A stretch of 64,000 bases of DNA from Candidatus Latescibacterota bacterium (GTDB lineage Bacteria; Latescibacterota; UBA2968): positions 1,024,001 through 1,088,000 of the forward strand of contig OZ220741.1 in the NCBI GenBank assembly GCA_965116885.1, in the 5' to 3' direction. Below the pieces are notes generated by a model. That model worked only from the letters and a program-made list of their open reading frames with translations, did not search any database and was not told the DNA's origin. The translations under genes were made by a program, and so were the position numbers. Below, piece by piece: positions 19,975-31,431 of the stretch. Within the stretch, counting starts at the first letter, position 1. Every line of letters starts with the position of its first letter.

Positions 19975-20841
19975 TCAAACCGGACAACACAAAAACGCCC
20001 GAAACTGTTCGGCCTTAAACCGCGCCCAAACAGCCTCGGCAACATCTCGAGACTCAAAAACACCGTAAAGCGTGGAACCACTGCCAGACATCGACGCAAC
20101 AATTGCGCCGGCATCTGTCAACCGCGACAAAATATCGCGCGTCTCTGGATGCGACTGAACAATAAGCGGCAAAAAATCATTCTCAATGCGCTCAAAAAAA
20201 CCCGAAACGGGCAAATTTTTTACAGAATTAAGGAAACTATCATATTCACCATGCTCTGTCAAGGTCTTTTTATAATTTGCAAACGCCCACCCCGTATGCA
20301 CCTGAAACCCCGGACAAACCAGCACATAAACCACATCCGCAGACCACGGCACATACCGCAAATGCTCCCCCCGACCCGAAACCACTGCCGTCCCCTTTTG
20401 CCGCACAAAAAACGGCACATCGGACCCCAAAGTCGCGCCTATCTCGCGCAGTTCGCCACCTGAAAGACCCGCATCCCACACCCGATTCAAAACCCGCAAC
20501 ACAGCCGCCGCATCTGAACTTCCGCCCCCCAAACCCGCCGCCATCGGAATCCGCTTCTCCATCACAACCTCAACCCCCCGGTCCATCCCCGTATAAGCCC
20601 GAAACGCCGAAACCGCCTGATAAACCAGATTCTCTGGCCCCGTGGGCAAATCCGCATCGTCGCACGACAAAATAATCCGACCCTGCTCGGCGTGCCTGAA
20701 AACGAGGCGGTCACGCAGATCCACAGTCTGAAAAACCGACAAAATATCGTGAAACCCATCGCCGCGCCGCCCGAGAATCTTCAGCCCCAAATTGAGCTTT
20801 GCATACGCGTATTCTACAATATCCAAAACACTATCTCCCAT
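19975..20841 (-). CDS. ispE: 4-diphosphocytidyl-2-C-methyl-D-erythritol kinase
   Basis: AKLNLGL, KRIPMAAGLGGGSSDAA, LGSDVPFF, MSGSGS; start approximate. Confidence 0.95.
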   Translation of the reverse strand: MGDSVLDIVEYAYAKLNLGLKILGRRGDGFHDILSVFQTVDLRDRLVFRHAEQGRIILSCDDADLPTGPENLVYQAVSAFRAYTGMDRGVEVVMEKRIPMAAGLGGGSSDAAAVLRVLNRVWDAGLSGGELREIGATLGSDVPFFVRQKGTAVVSGRGEHLRYVPWSADVVYVLVCPGFQVHTGWAFANYKKTLTEHGEYDSFLNSVKNLPVSGFFERIENDFLPLIVQSHPETRDILSRLTDAGAIVASMSGSGSTLYGVFESRDVAEAVWARFKAEQFRAFLCCPV

Positions 20842-20887
20842 TGACGCCTTTGGTAAAATATAATACATTCAAAAAATAAAGACCCTT

Positions 20888-20949
20888 CTGGATCGCGGCT
20901 TACACCCTGCCGCGATGACACACGGGACGGCACGGGGGCCGTCCCCTAC
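20888..20949. repeat. CTGGATCGCGG hairpin (20888-20919) plus GTAG REP (20924-20949)
   Basis: Matches the other copies. Confidence 0.85.
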
Positions 20950-20955
20950 AACACC

Positions 20956-23900
20956 ATGCGGAATTTCTACATGATCCTTATTATAAAAACATTACCCCGC
21001 GGTATCACCACGGCTTTTTGCATCCTCCTCGCCATCTCATCCCACCTCTGCGCGCAGGGGACCCAGGATGAAAACGCCCATTACGAACTCGCACAGCGAA
21101 TCTTCAACGATGGCCTCTATGCCGATGCCGCGCGGGAATATAAACAATTCATCATCAACTACCCCAACAGCAAGCGACTGCCCGATGCCATGCTGCGCGT
21201 TGGACAGGCGCTTGCCAGAGCCGAACAATACGACCGCGCACGCGAAGCCTTGCAGCAATTTATCGACCGCTATCCCACCCACATCGAAGTAGGTCGTGCA
21301 ATGCGCGCACGCGCCAATGCACTCAGCCAACTTGGAGAACACACCCGAGCTGGTGCAGTCTATCGCGACGTACACGCGGCCTATCCCGCCTCGACAAACG
21401 CGCCCCATGACCTCTTATCCGCCGGTGAGAACTACCACAAAGGCGGCGCCTTGCCAGAAGCCGGCGCAGCCTATCGCCTACTCGTCGAACAATATCCCAA
21501 ATCGCCTCTGTTCAACGAAGCCACCTTCAACCTGGGCAGGGTTCTACTTGAAGAATCGCGCACCGAAGAAGCCCTCGTGCAATTTCGCACCCTCGCCGAA
21601 CATCCCGGTTCCGCAAAGCGCAAGCCCGACGCCCTCCTCGAAATGGGCAACATCGCCCTATCGCGCGACAACCTCTCGGAAGCAGAACGCATCTTTGCAA
21701 CCCTGCGCGCCAGATATCCCGCAACATCCGCCGCCCAGAACTCGCACCTCATCACAGGCGCATGGCACGCCGGCAAAAACGACTGGGCAAGCGCTGAAAA
21801 AACCTATAACAACGCCCTCGTAAAAATACCGAACAACACCCGTCGCCAACAGGCCCTGTTGGGAAGTGCAAATGCAAAACGCAAACTCGGCAAAAGCGAA
21901 GGTGCGCTACAGCGCTACGCCTCATTTCTGAGAGCCTATCCCAAAAGCCCCTTCCACGCCCACGCCCTGATAGGCTATGGCCGCGCATTTGCAGACCTGA
22001 AAAATTATCGCAACGCACTGGACGCCTTTAGAAATCTACAGGAAAAATATCCAGACGCAGACGTCAGCATCCAGGCTTATGGCGACATTGGAAACATCTG
22101 GCGCGCGCTTGGAACGCACCAAAAAGCATTGACAGCGTATCAAACATACCTCACGCGCATACAATCCCCTATCGAAAAAGCCAATGCACGACTACAAATT
22201 GCGCAAATATGCGAAGACCTGCACTGGTACGACCTCGCAGCCGAAAATTATCGCACCCTGATCAACAGCCCAATCGCACACTGCGCCGCCGAAGGTCAAA
22301 TTGGCCTCGCACGCGTATTTGAAAAAACAGGAGAACCCGCACTCGCACTGCGAGAATATCGCACCTACATCAAAAACCACGGCGACGCCTCGCACGCCGA
22401 AACAGCGGAAACGCGCATCTATCTCCTCACCGAATTTGGCACAGAAACCGACCGCGACCGCATCTATATCGACCTCCTTGCCGACCTCCCCGGCATCGCC
22501 GACGACCCACACACACAATTAAAACTGGGCAAAACCTTCTACAACCGAAAATACTACAACCGCGCAATCACCCACCTCGAAACCGCGCTAACAGCCCAGG
22601 GGCTACCCCTTGAAGCACCCGACGGGTGGGCAGAACACACGATCGCATCGGCTAACGATGACACATCCAGTACGGACGAAAAATCTTTCGCCCCAACATC
22701 CGACGACACACTCGCCCTTGCAGCCGAAGCCGCACGCGCAGCCGAAGCCATTCTCGCATTGGCTGATGGGCGGGAACAGGAGGACATGCGGGACGGCACG
22801 GGGGCCGTCCCCTACACATCTGAAGACATACCCGCCGAAGGACCCAGCGACACATCCGGTACGGGCGAAAAATCTTTCGCCCCTACATCCAACGACACAT
22901 CTAATAATGATACACCACCTGATGACGACACGCCCATACCCGATGAATCGGCATTCATCAACGCCCCTGCCTGGGCATCTGAAGCCTATTATCTCCTCGG
23001 CAACAGCTACTTAAAACAGGCGCGCAGAGCCACCCTCGAAAACAAATCCCCCGACGAATGGCAAAACAAGGGCCTCGCAACACTCAAAATACTCGTCAAA
23101 ATATTCCCCGACAACGACCATGCGGAAAACGCCGCACTCGCCGTCATACACACAGAAACAGCCCACATACAACCCGACACCCTGCGCGCACAAACGCGCC
23201 TGAGTGCCTATCGCGCATATCGCAAAACACATCCCAACAGCCCCGATTTGCTCCTGCGAATCGCCGACGCCCACTTCGCCAACACCCACATCGACAGCGC
23301 CCTGAGCCTGTACCTCCAAATAGAAAAAAAAGCTGGCGATCCCACACTGAAAGAAAAAGTCGCCTATCGCATCGGCTTGTGTCAGGCCAGGCAACAACAA
23401 CACGTACGCGCCGAAGAAACCCTGAAAAATTTCCTCTTCAACTATCCGCAGAGCAACCTGACACCACACGCGCAATTTCAACTGGGACGCATACTCCTCG
23501 ACCGGGAATTTTACGCCAGTGCAGCCGAAGCATTCTCCGAACTCCTCTCCGCATCTCCAACGCTCGCACTCCAGCGATCTGCCCGCTCGCTATTGGCAGA
23601 AAGCTACCATCGCACAGGCAACTATCAACGCGCCATAGAAATAGACGAAAGCCTGATCACCCACAACACCACCCCTCAACTATTGCGACGCCTCGCCGAA
23701 TCTTACGCGCACAACAACCAGCGCGACAAAGCCATCACAACTTATAACATGTACCTCCGCAAATATCCACAAGCACCCGACGCCGACAGCATCGCCTACA
23801 CACGCGCCGAACACCTGACATCGCGCAACCGCACATCGGAAGCCCTCACCGCCTTCCGCGAATTCTCCAAAAAATATCCCAACAGCCCGCTCGGCACACA

Positions 23901-24972
23901 GGCGGATCAAGCCGTGGGCGACCTCCTCTTTCAAACGGAAAAATACGCCCAGGCCATCACCGCGTATCGCCGCGTACCAGAACCCGCACGCAACGAAACC
24001 ATGGCCGCCCGCGAAGTCTTGAGCCTCTACCGCCTCCGGCGCATTGGCGAAGCCAACAAAGCCGCGGGCCAATTCAAAAAAACCTATAAAACGGCAACCG
24101 AATGGCTCGCCCGCTTCGAAGTCGAAAAAGGCAGATATCAACTCGCCGTCAGAAACCCAAAAAAAGCGCGACAAATTTTTGAAGACATCTCAAAAAAATA
24201 CGCCGCCACCGAAGCAGCGGCCGACGCGCGTTATTACATCATCCGCGCCCATCGCGACGAAGGACCCGACAAAGACGGCAACAACGAACCCTATCTCAAC
24301 GCACTCACCGCATTCATAAAAAATTATGCCGACAGCCCGCACTGGGTAGATGCCAACATCGAACTCGCCGAATTTTGGGAACGCAACGAAGAATACAACC
24401 TCTCTGCACGCGCATATCGCAACGCCATTGAAAAAGGCGTCGCCCAATCCAAAAAACCCGACATCCTCCACAAACTCGCAAAAAATTACAGCAACCTCAA
24501 CGCCTATGACCTCGCCATCAACTTTGCGCGCCAGCTCATCCGCGAATTTCCCCAACATCCGCTTGCTCTAAGCGCCCGCATCGACATCGGCACCATTTAC
24601 CTGCCCAACAAAGGCGACCACGAACAAGCCATAACAGAACTTCGCCCCCTGCTCAAACTCGTGACCGCAGAAGACGAAAAAGCCAACATCCAATACGCCA
24701 TCGCAGAAAACTATTTTGAAATGGGCGACTACACCAACGCACTCCGAGAATTTTTGATCTTGCGCTACAACCAGAACGCGGGGGTCATGTGGATCGCATC
24801 TGCACAAATGAAAGTCGCAGAATGCTATGCGGCACAGAATAATATTGAACAAGCCATACAAGAACTCGAAGCCATTAAAAGCCGCCACGGCGCAGCCAGC
24901 ATGTACGGCATTGGCGCGGAAAAGCGCATTCAACAGATAAAAGCACAGTCTGAATCAGGATTTACAAGATGA
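20956..24972 (+). CDS. Large periplasmic TPR protein (BamD/CpoB-like repeats)
   Basis: Signal peptide, many TPR units ending YPxS; acidic linker at about 22600-22960. Confidence 0.85.
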   Translation: MRNFYMILIIKTLPRGITTAFCILLAISSHLCAQGTQDENAHYELAQRIFNDGLYADAAREYKQFIINYPNSKRLPDAMLRVGQALARAEQYDRAREALQQFIDRYPTHIEVGRAMRARANALSQLGEHTRAGAVYRDVHAAYPASTNAPHDLLSAGENYHKGGALPEAGAAYRLLVEQYPKSPLFNEATFNLGRVLLEESRTEEALVQFRTLAEHPGSAKRKPDALLEMGNIALSRDNLSEAERIFATLRARYPATSAAQNSHLITGAWHAGKNDWASAEKTYNNALVKIPNNTRRQQALLGSANAKRKLGKSEGALQRYASFLRAYPKSPFHAHALIGYGRAFADLKNYRNALDAFRNLQEKYPDADVSIQAYGDIGNIWRALGTHQKALTAYQTYLTRIQSPIEKANARLQIAQICEDLHWYDLAAENYRTLINSPIAHCAAEGQIGLARVFEKTGEPALALREYRTYIKNHGDASHAETAETRIYLLTEFGTETDRDRIYIDLLADLPGIADDPHTQLKLGKTFYNRKYYNRAITHLETALTAQGLPLEAPDGWAEHTIASANDDTSSTDEKSFAPTSDDTLALAAEAARAAEAILALADGREQEDMRDGTGAVPYTSEDIPAEGPSDTSGTGEKSFAPTSNDTSNNDTPPDDDTPIPDESAFINAPAWASEAYYLLGNSYLKQARRATLENKSPDEWQNKGLATLKILVKIFPDNDHAENAALAVIHTETAHIQPDTLRAQTRLSAYRAYRKTHPNSPDLLLRIADAHFANTHIDSALSLYLQIEKKAGDPTLKEKVAYRIGLCQARQQQHVRAEETLKNFLFNYPQSNLTPHAQFQLGRILLDREFYASAAEAFSELLSASPTLALQRSARSLLAESYHRTGNYQRAIEIDESLITHNTTPQLLRRLAESYAHNNQRDKAITTYNMYLRKYPQAPDADSIAYTRAEHLTSRNRTSEALTAFREFSKKYPNSPLGTQADQAVGDLLFQTEKYAQAITAYRRVPEPARNETMAAREVLSLYRLRRIGEANKAAGQFKKTYKTATEWLARFEVEKGRYQLAVRNPKKARQIFEDISKKYAATEAAADARYYIIRAHRDEGPDKDGNNEPYLNALTAFIKNYADSPHWVDANIELAEFWERNEEYNLSARAYRNAIEKGVAQSKKPDILHKLAKNYSNLNAYDLAINFARQLIREFPQHPLALSARIDIGTIYLPNKGDHEQAITELRPLLKLVTAEDEKANIQYAIAENYFEMGDYTNALREFLILRYNQNAGVMWIASAQMKVAECYAAQNNIEQAIQELEAIKSRHGAASMYGIGAEKRIQQIKAQSESGFTR

Positions 24973-25124
24973 AAGGATGAACAGGATAAAGGCAAAAACC
25001 AGGATCAAAAGCAAAATCTCTGGATCGCGGCTCAACACCCTGCTGCGATGACGGGCGGGCACGGGGGCACCGCCCCTACATCCAATGACCGTATCCGCGT
25101 AGGGGACGGCCCCTGTGCCGTCCC
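24949..25124. repeat. Composite element: TCTGAATCAGGA purine-rich module, CTGGATC hairpin (25020-25052) and inverted REP doublet (25053-25079, 25099-25124)
   Basis: Direct sequence comparison. Confidence 0.85.
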
Positions 25125-25156
25125 GAACAACAGCCCCAACACTAAATATAATAACC

Positions 25157-26677
25157 ATGCCCACCGACCAAAAAGAAGCCCTCATCATCGTCGATCAGCC
25201 CACCGCACTGGGTCGGGACCTGCGTGCCGCGCTCGAAGAACTCGGCTGGCAAACCCTTGTGACCAACAGCGTGAGACCCGCCAGAAAACTGATCTCTGAA
25301 AGCCAGTTTGACCTGCTCATCCTGGACGAAACCACATTGCCCGAAGCCGACGTACAACTCGCCGACACATTATCTGAGCAACCTGAAAAAATCCCCATCT
25401 TCGCAATCACCACCCGGGAAGGGACCCAACTCCAAACAGCGCCCTCACTCGAACCCGATGCCCTGCTCTCCTATCCGTTCATCCCCGCAGAATTGCAGGA
25501 CGCCCTGACGCAAAAACGCACCCGACCCGACACCACCATCCTCGGCCGCTCAGGCGCCATACAACAAATCCGGGAAAGCGTGGCACAAATCGCGCCCACC
25601 CCCGTCAGCGTACTCATCACAGGAGAAAGCGGCTCCGGAAAAAACCTCATCGCCGAAGCCATCCACCGGCAAAGCGCGCGCAGCCGCGAACCCTTTCTCA
25701 TCATCAACTGCGGCGCAATCCCCGAAACCCTCCTCGAAAGCGAACTCTTCGGCCATGAAAAAGGTGCATTTACCGACGCGCGCACGCAGCGGTCTGGCAT
25801 CTTTGAAGCCGCCAACCGCGGCACCGTCTTCCTCGATGAAATCGGCGAAATGTCGCTCTCTGCACAGGTGCGCTTATTGCGCGTCCTCGACGCCAAAGAA
25901 GTCACCCGCCTGGGCAGCACCGCCCCAATAGCCGTTGACGTCCGCGTCATAGCCGCCACCAATCGCAACCTGCAACAAGCCGTTGCCGAAGGCAAATTCA
26001 GGCAAGACCTCTACCAGCGCCTTCGCGTCATCGAAATCGAAATGCCCCCATTGCGCGCCCACCCCGAGGACATCCCCCTCATCGCGCAAAACATCATCCA
26101 AAAACAAAGCGACGAACTCCGCATGCCCCCCATAGAGTTCGCACCCGACGCGATGAACGCACTGCAACAATACCACTGGCCGGGCAATGTCCGGGAACTC
26201 ATCAACCTCATCGAACGCCTCATGATCCTATCAAAAACCCGACACATATCCGCCCTGGACCTCGCGCAATACCTCGACACATCCCCGGTGACAGAACCAT
26301 CTTATCTCCCTGTCCTCGCGGGCAAAACACCTGCAGAATCCGATCGCGACCTCCTCTACTGGGCAATACTCGAAGTCGCCAAAGACGTCAAAGAACTCAA
26401 AGCCTATATCATGCAAAGCATGCAAACATCGCCCCCGCCATCTCTACCCGTCTCCATCTATGACACACCCATAGAAGACACAGAAATCACAGAAACCGCA
26501 GGTGCAGGTTTAGAACCTGAGCCTACCGAAGAAGACATACGCCCCTTGCGAGAACTCGAACGCGAAGCCATCGCCAATGCCCTGCGCGTAACCGGCGGGC
26601 ACCGCGAACGCACCGCAAAACTACTGGGCATGGCCGTACGCACGTTGTACAGGAAGATCGATCAATACGATTTGTAA
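25157..26677 (+). CDS. Sigma54-interacting transcriptional regulator with atypical receiver domain
   Basis: GESGSGKN, ESELFGHEKGAFTDA, WPGNVREL, HTH; receiver has SYPF in place of KPF. Confidence 0.9.
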   Translation: MPTDQKEALIIVDQPTALGRDLRAALEELGWQTLVTNSVRPARKLISESQFDLLILDETTLPEADVQLADTLSEQPEKIPIFAITTREGTQLQTAPSLEPDALLSYPFIPAELQDALTQKRTRPDTTILGRSGAIQQIRESVAQIAPTPVSVLITGESGSGKNLIAEAIHRQSARSREPFLIINCGAIPETLLESELFGHEKGAFTDARTQRSGIFEAANRGTVFLDEIGEMSLSAQVRLLRVLDAKEVTRLGSTAPIAVDVRVIAATNRNLQQAVAEGKFRQDLYQRLRVIEIEMPPLRAHPEDIPLIAQNIIQKQSDELRMPPIEFAPDAMNALQQYHWPGNVRELINLIERLMILSKTRHISALDLAQYLDTSPVTEPSYLPVLAGKTPAESDRDLLYWAILEVAKDVKELKAYIMQSMQTSPPPSLPVSIYDTPIEDTEITETAGAGLEPEPTEEDIRPLRELEREAIANALRVTGGHRERTAKLLGMAVRTLYRKIDQYDL

Positions 26678-26681
26678 TGAC

Positions 26682-26789
26682 GGGCAACCACAAGGGATTG
26701 CCCCTACATCTGACCGTGTACGCGTAGGGGACGGCCCCTGTGCCGTCCCGGATGACCACCTGCGGGCGACCACAGGGGGTCGCCCCTAC
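26682..26789. repeat. Three GTAG-type REPs in alternating orientation (BIME-like)
   Basis: 26682-26707, 26724-26749, 26764-26789. Confidence 0.85.
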
Positions 26790-26911
26790 AAAACCAATAA
26801 CCATTGATTCCCTATATCGCCTCCGATTTTCGGAACCATCTCATAGGGTCGTGGGTCTAATCGTCGAAATTCTTAATTTTTAATTTTTAATTCCAAAAAG
26901 GAGTTTCCGCC

Positions 26912-28381
<1,470 letters not shown>

Positions 28382-28392
28382 GGATCGAAATA

Positions 28393-29523
28393 ATGAGCAC
28401 CTCTGAAGCGCGGCTCATGATAGCCGCCAGCGAAACCGACGCCGACATGTACTACGCCACGCGCTTTCTCGCGCCCGACCCCTTCATCTTCTTTCAAATC
28501 GGCGCAAAAAAACACCTCCTCATGTCCGACCTGGAACGCGACCGCGCGCGCGATCAAGCCCAGGTCGATCACGTACTCTCCCTATCCGAATACCAGGAAA
28601 AAGCAAAAAAAAACGACACCGACGAAGAACCCTCTCAAATCGATGCCTTACACGAAGTACTACAAGAAAAAAATATCAACCGCCTGAACGTCCCCCGCGC
28701 CTTCTCCATTGCCACGGCAGACGACCTGCGCGAACGCGGCTACACAGTGGCATTTCCAGAAGGCGCGTATTGGCCCGAACGAGAAATTAAAACCCCTGAT
28801 GAAATCGAACACATCCGCGAAGTCCAGCAACACACCGAAGCCGCAATGGACGCCGCCATAACCCTCATCCGCAACTCGGAAATCCGCGGCGACCGCCTCT
28901 ACCACAACGGCGAACCCCTCACATCGGAACGCGTCAAACGCGAAATAAAATTTCTCCTCCTCGAACGCGACTGCACAGCCGGTCACACCATCGTCGCTGG
29001 CGGCGATCAAGCCTGTGACCCGCACAACGAAGGCACCGGCCCCCTGCACGCGCACCAATCCATCATCATCGACATCTTCCCCCGCTCAAACACCACCGGC
29101 TACTTCGCCGACCTCACCCGCACCGTCGTCAAAGGCGAACCCTCTGCCGACCTCCAGAACATCTACGACGCAGTACTCGCGGGACAAAACCTCGTCCTCG
29201 ACAGCATCCGCGCAGACGCAGACGGCCAGGCCATCCACCGAGCACTCACAGAACTCTTTGAAAACCGCAACTTTGAAACCGGCAACATAGACGGCCGCAT
29301 GCAGGGCTTCTTCCACGGCACGGGCCACGGCCTGGGCCTCGAAATCCACGAACCCCCGCGCATCGGCAAAACCTCGGGAACCCTTCGCGCAGGGCACATC
29401 GTCACCGTTGAACCGGGCCTCTATTATCCCGGTCGAGGCGCCGTACGCATCGAAGACCTCGCCGTCGTCACCGAAGACGGCCTCGAAAACCTGACGACCT
29501 ATCCGAAATTTCTCACCTTGTGA
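28393..29523 (+). CDS. Xaa-Pro aminopeptidase (M24B)
   Basis: DLTRT, HGTGHGLGLEIHE, TVEPGLY, RIED. Confidence 0.92.
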   Translation: MSTSEARLMIAASETDADMYYATRFLAPDPFIFFQIGAKKHLLMSDLERDRARDQAQVDHVLSLSEYQEKAKKNDTDEEPSQIDALHEVLQEKNINRLNVPRAFSIATADDLRERGYTVAFPEGAYWPEREIKTPDEIEHIREVQQHTEAAMDAAITLIRNSEIRGDRLYHNGEPLTSERVKREIKFLLLERDCTAGHTIVAGGDQACDPHNEGTGPLHAHQSIIIDIFPRSNTTGYFADLTRTVVKGEPSADLQNIYDAVLAGQNLVLDSIRADADGQAIHRALTELFENRNFETGNIDGRMQGFFHGTGHGLGLEIHEPPRIGKTSGTLRAGHIVTVEPGLYYPGRGAVRIEDLAVVTEDGLENLTTYPKFLTL

Positions 29524-29591
29524 TATAACGCAAAACGGGATTGATGCACAGAGGCAGGTTATAAATACAACCTATTCGTCTATATCGTCCT

Positions 29592-31322
29592 TCACGCCTC
29601 ATTCTCCACCCGAGCCGTAATAACATCAATCCCCTCATACTTCCGATGATGCACCGACGAAGCGTAATGCCGCAAAAGCCGGATCGAAAACTCGTGATCA
29701 TCCTCGGCATACGCATCCTCACCCAGATACGCGATCTGGTCTTCGATATTCTCGCCATCCGAAGCCGCCAAAAACTCTATTTCCGCTGTCCCTTCATCCC
29801 TGCGGATACTCAAAATCAGCCGCCGCGGTGTACTGGAAGACGCCTCTTCATCCTCCTTTATAAGACTCACCAGCATCTCCTCCCCGACCGAACGCAGGCG
29901 GTATTGACCACTCTCCGTCCAACCGTACTTCTCGGCAAACGCAACGAGAAACTCGTCAATCGCGGGCAATGCAGACAACTCCAGCGGCACTTGAATTTTT
30001 CTCCGCCGCGAACCGGTCAGTTCCACCAAAAGCGTCATGCCAATAACCGTCAGGCTCCCCACCGTAACCCCGCTATCGAGCAACTCGTGCACAAACCCGT
30101 CAAAAAATCCAGCAATACTCCCAGAAGAAAGCCCAACCATTATCGATACCGCGATGACGATACTCTTGCGATGATCAATCTTATCATCGAACGCCACCTT
30201 TGCCCCTTCCACGAAAAGCCCGCCAAATACGATGATATAGACAGCTGCCAGAACCGGACTCGGAATCGCAATGAGAAAAGCCCCCAACTTGGGCAAAAAT
30301 GCCACCCCGATCATAAACAACCCCATGTACACACCCACCATCCGCGCAGCCACGCCTGTAAGAGAGACATACGTTGCGGTAAGTGCCCAGGGCGTCGTGG
30401 CAGAGGGAATGCCCAGAAAGCCCACGATCAAATTGCCCACGGAGTAGGCATTGAGACCGCCTTGAACGACCCTGAAATCCTGTGCCTGTACCTCTCGGTG
30501 CGAAGCTCTTTGGATCACGCCAATATCCCCAACAGCCTTCACAAAAGTCACCAAACCGACAAAGATAAAAGCCGGCAGAAGTCCCCAAAATTCAACGCCA
30601 AAGGTCAAATCTAAACCTTCCCAGACGGGAACGGGAAAACCAATATAGGCAGCTTCGACCACACCGCTGTTATCGTACAACCCCAAAGGCACTGCGACAA
30701 TCAGACCCGCCAAAATGGTGATACCGACTATCCACAGCCGCCAGATCTGTGGCGCACGCAAAATTATCAGTACCCCAACAAACAAAGATATTGTCAGGGT
30801 CGCAATAACGCGATCAACGGGCAAATCCTGTGTCGATTTCACAACATCGTTAAACAGGAAGGGAGCTGCCGTAGCTGCGACCAACATCACAATTGTGCCA
30901 CTGACGGTTCGCGTAAATATTCGGCGCAACAGCGGAAGGTACATCGTGAGGACCAACTGAACGAGCGTCGAGACAACGGTCAAAATCGCCAGTAAGCCCG
31001 GTCCGCCTTTTTCTAAGGCAAGCGTAGAGATCGCAATAAAAGGAATATTGAAACCCGTCAAAATGAGAAGTCCAGTCCCAATTCGACCACGGAAAGCCTG
31101 AATAATTGACGTGAATCCGCACGTTATCAAGGCCATAAACACGGCCCACGGCAAATAAGCCCCGGTCTCGCCCGATGATCGGATGACCACAGTCGTAAAC
31201 ACCACGACCATGACGATATTTGGCGATGCCATCTGAACGGCAGAGAGTATGGCTACAGACCGGGGACATTTGTCCTCTGGTTCGTAGCGAATACCTTCGT
31301 TTATTTTTTTGACTTCGGCCAT
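29592..31322 (-). CDS. NCS2 (xanthine/uracil permease-like) membrane protein fused to a C-terminal RsbW/HATPase-like domain
   Basis: IRYEPEDK N-terminus, SIIQAF, PKLGAFLIAIPSPVL NCS2 features; about 140-aa soluble tail with an anti-sigma-kinase-like pattern. Confidence 0.75.
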   Translation of the reverse strand: MAEVKKINEGIRYEPEDKCPRSVAILSAVQMASPNIVMVVVFTTVVIRSSGETGAYLPWAVFMALITCGFTSIIQAFRGRIGTGLLILTGFNIPFIAISTLALEKGGPGLLAILTVVSTLVQLVLTMYLPLLRRIFTRTVSGTIVMLVAATAAPFLFNDVVKSTQDLPVDRVIATLTISLFVGVLIILRAPQIWRLWIVGITILAGLIVAVPLGLYDNSGVVEAAYIGFPVPVWEGLDLTFGVEFWGLLPAFIFVGLVTFVKAVGDIGVIQRASHREVQAQDFRVVQGGLNAYSVGNLIVGFLGIPSATTPWALTATYVSLTGVAARMVGVYMGLFMIGVAFLPKLGAFLIAIPSPVLAAVYIIVFGGLFVEGAKVAFDDKIDHRKSIVIAVSIMVGLSSGSIAGFFDGFVHELLDSGVTVGSLTVIGMTLLVELTGSRRRKIQVPLELSALPAIDEFLVAFAEKYGWTESGQYRLRSVGEEMLVSLIKEDEEASSSTPRRLILSIRRDEGTAEIEFLAASDGENIEDQIAYLGEDAYAEDDHEFSIRLLRHYASSVHHRKYEGIDVITARVENEA

Positions 31323-31431
31323 ATTTGAACTTGTGCGTTGCGTGAAAACGATTAAAACTGCTCATGGCTACGCTTCAAACGCAGCCATGAGCGATGGCGT
31401 TTTGTCGCCTGCTAAGGCTGTTATGAGCGGC

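Noticed and set aside
19858..19975. tRNA between ispE and rplY
   Set aside because: No cloverleaf or T-loop motif; the region holds a hairpin and a repeat
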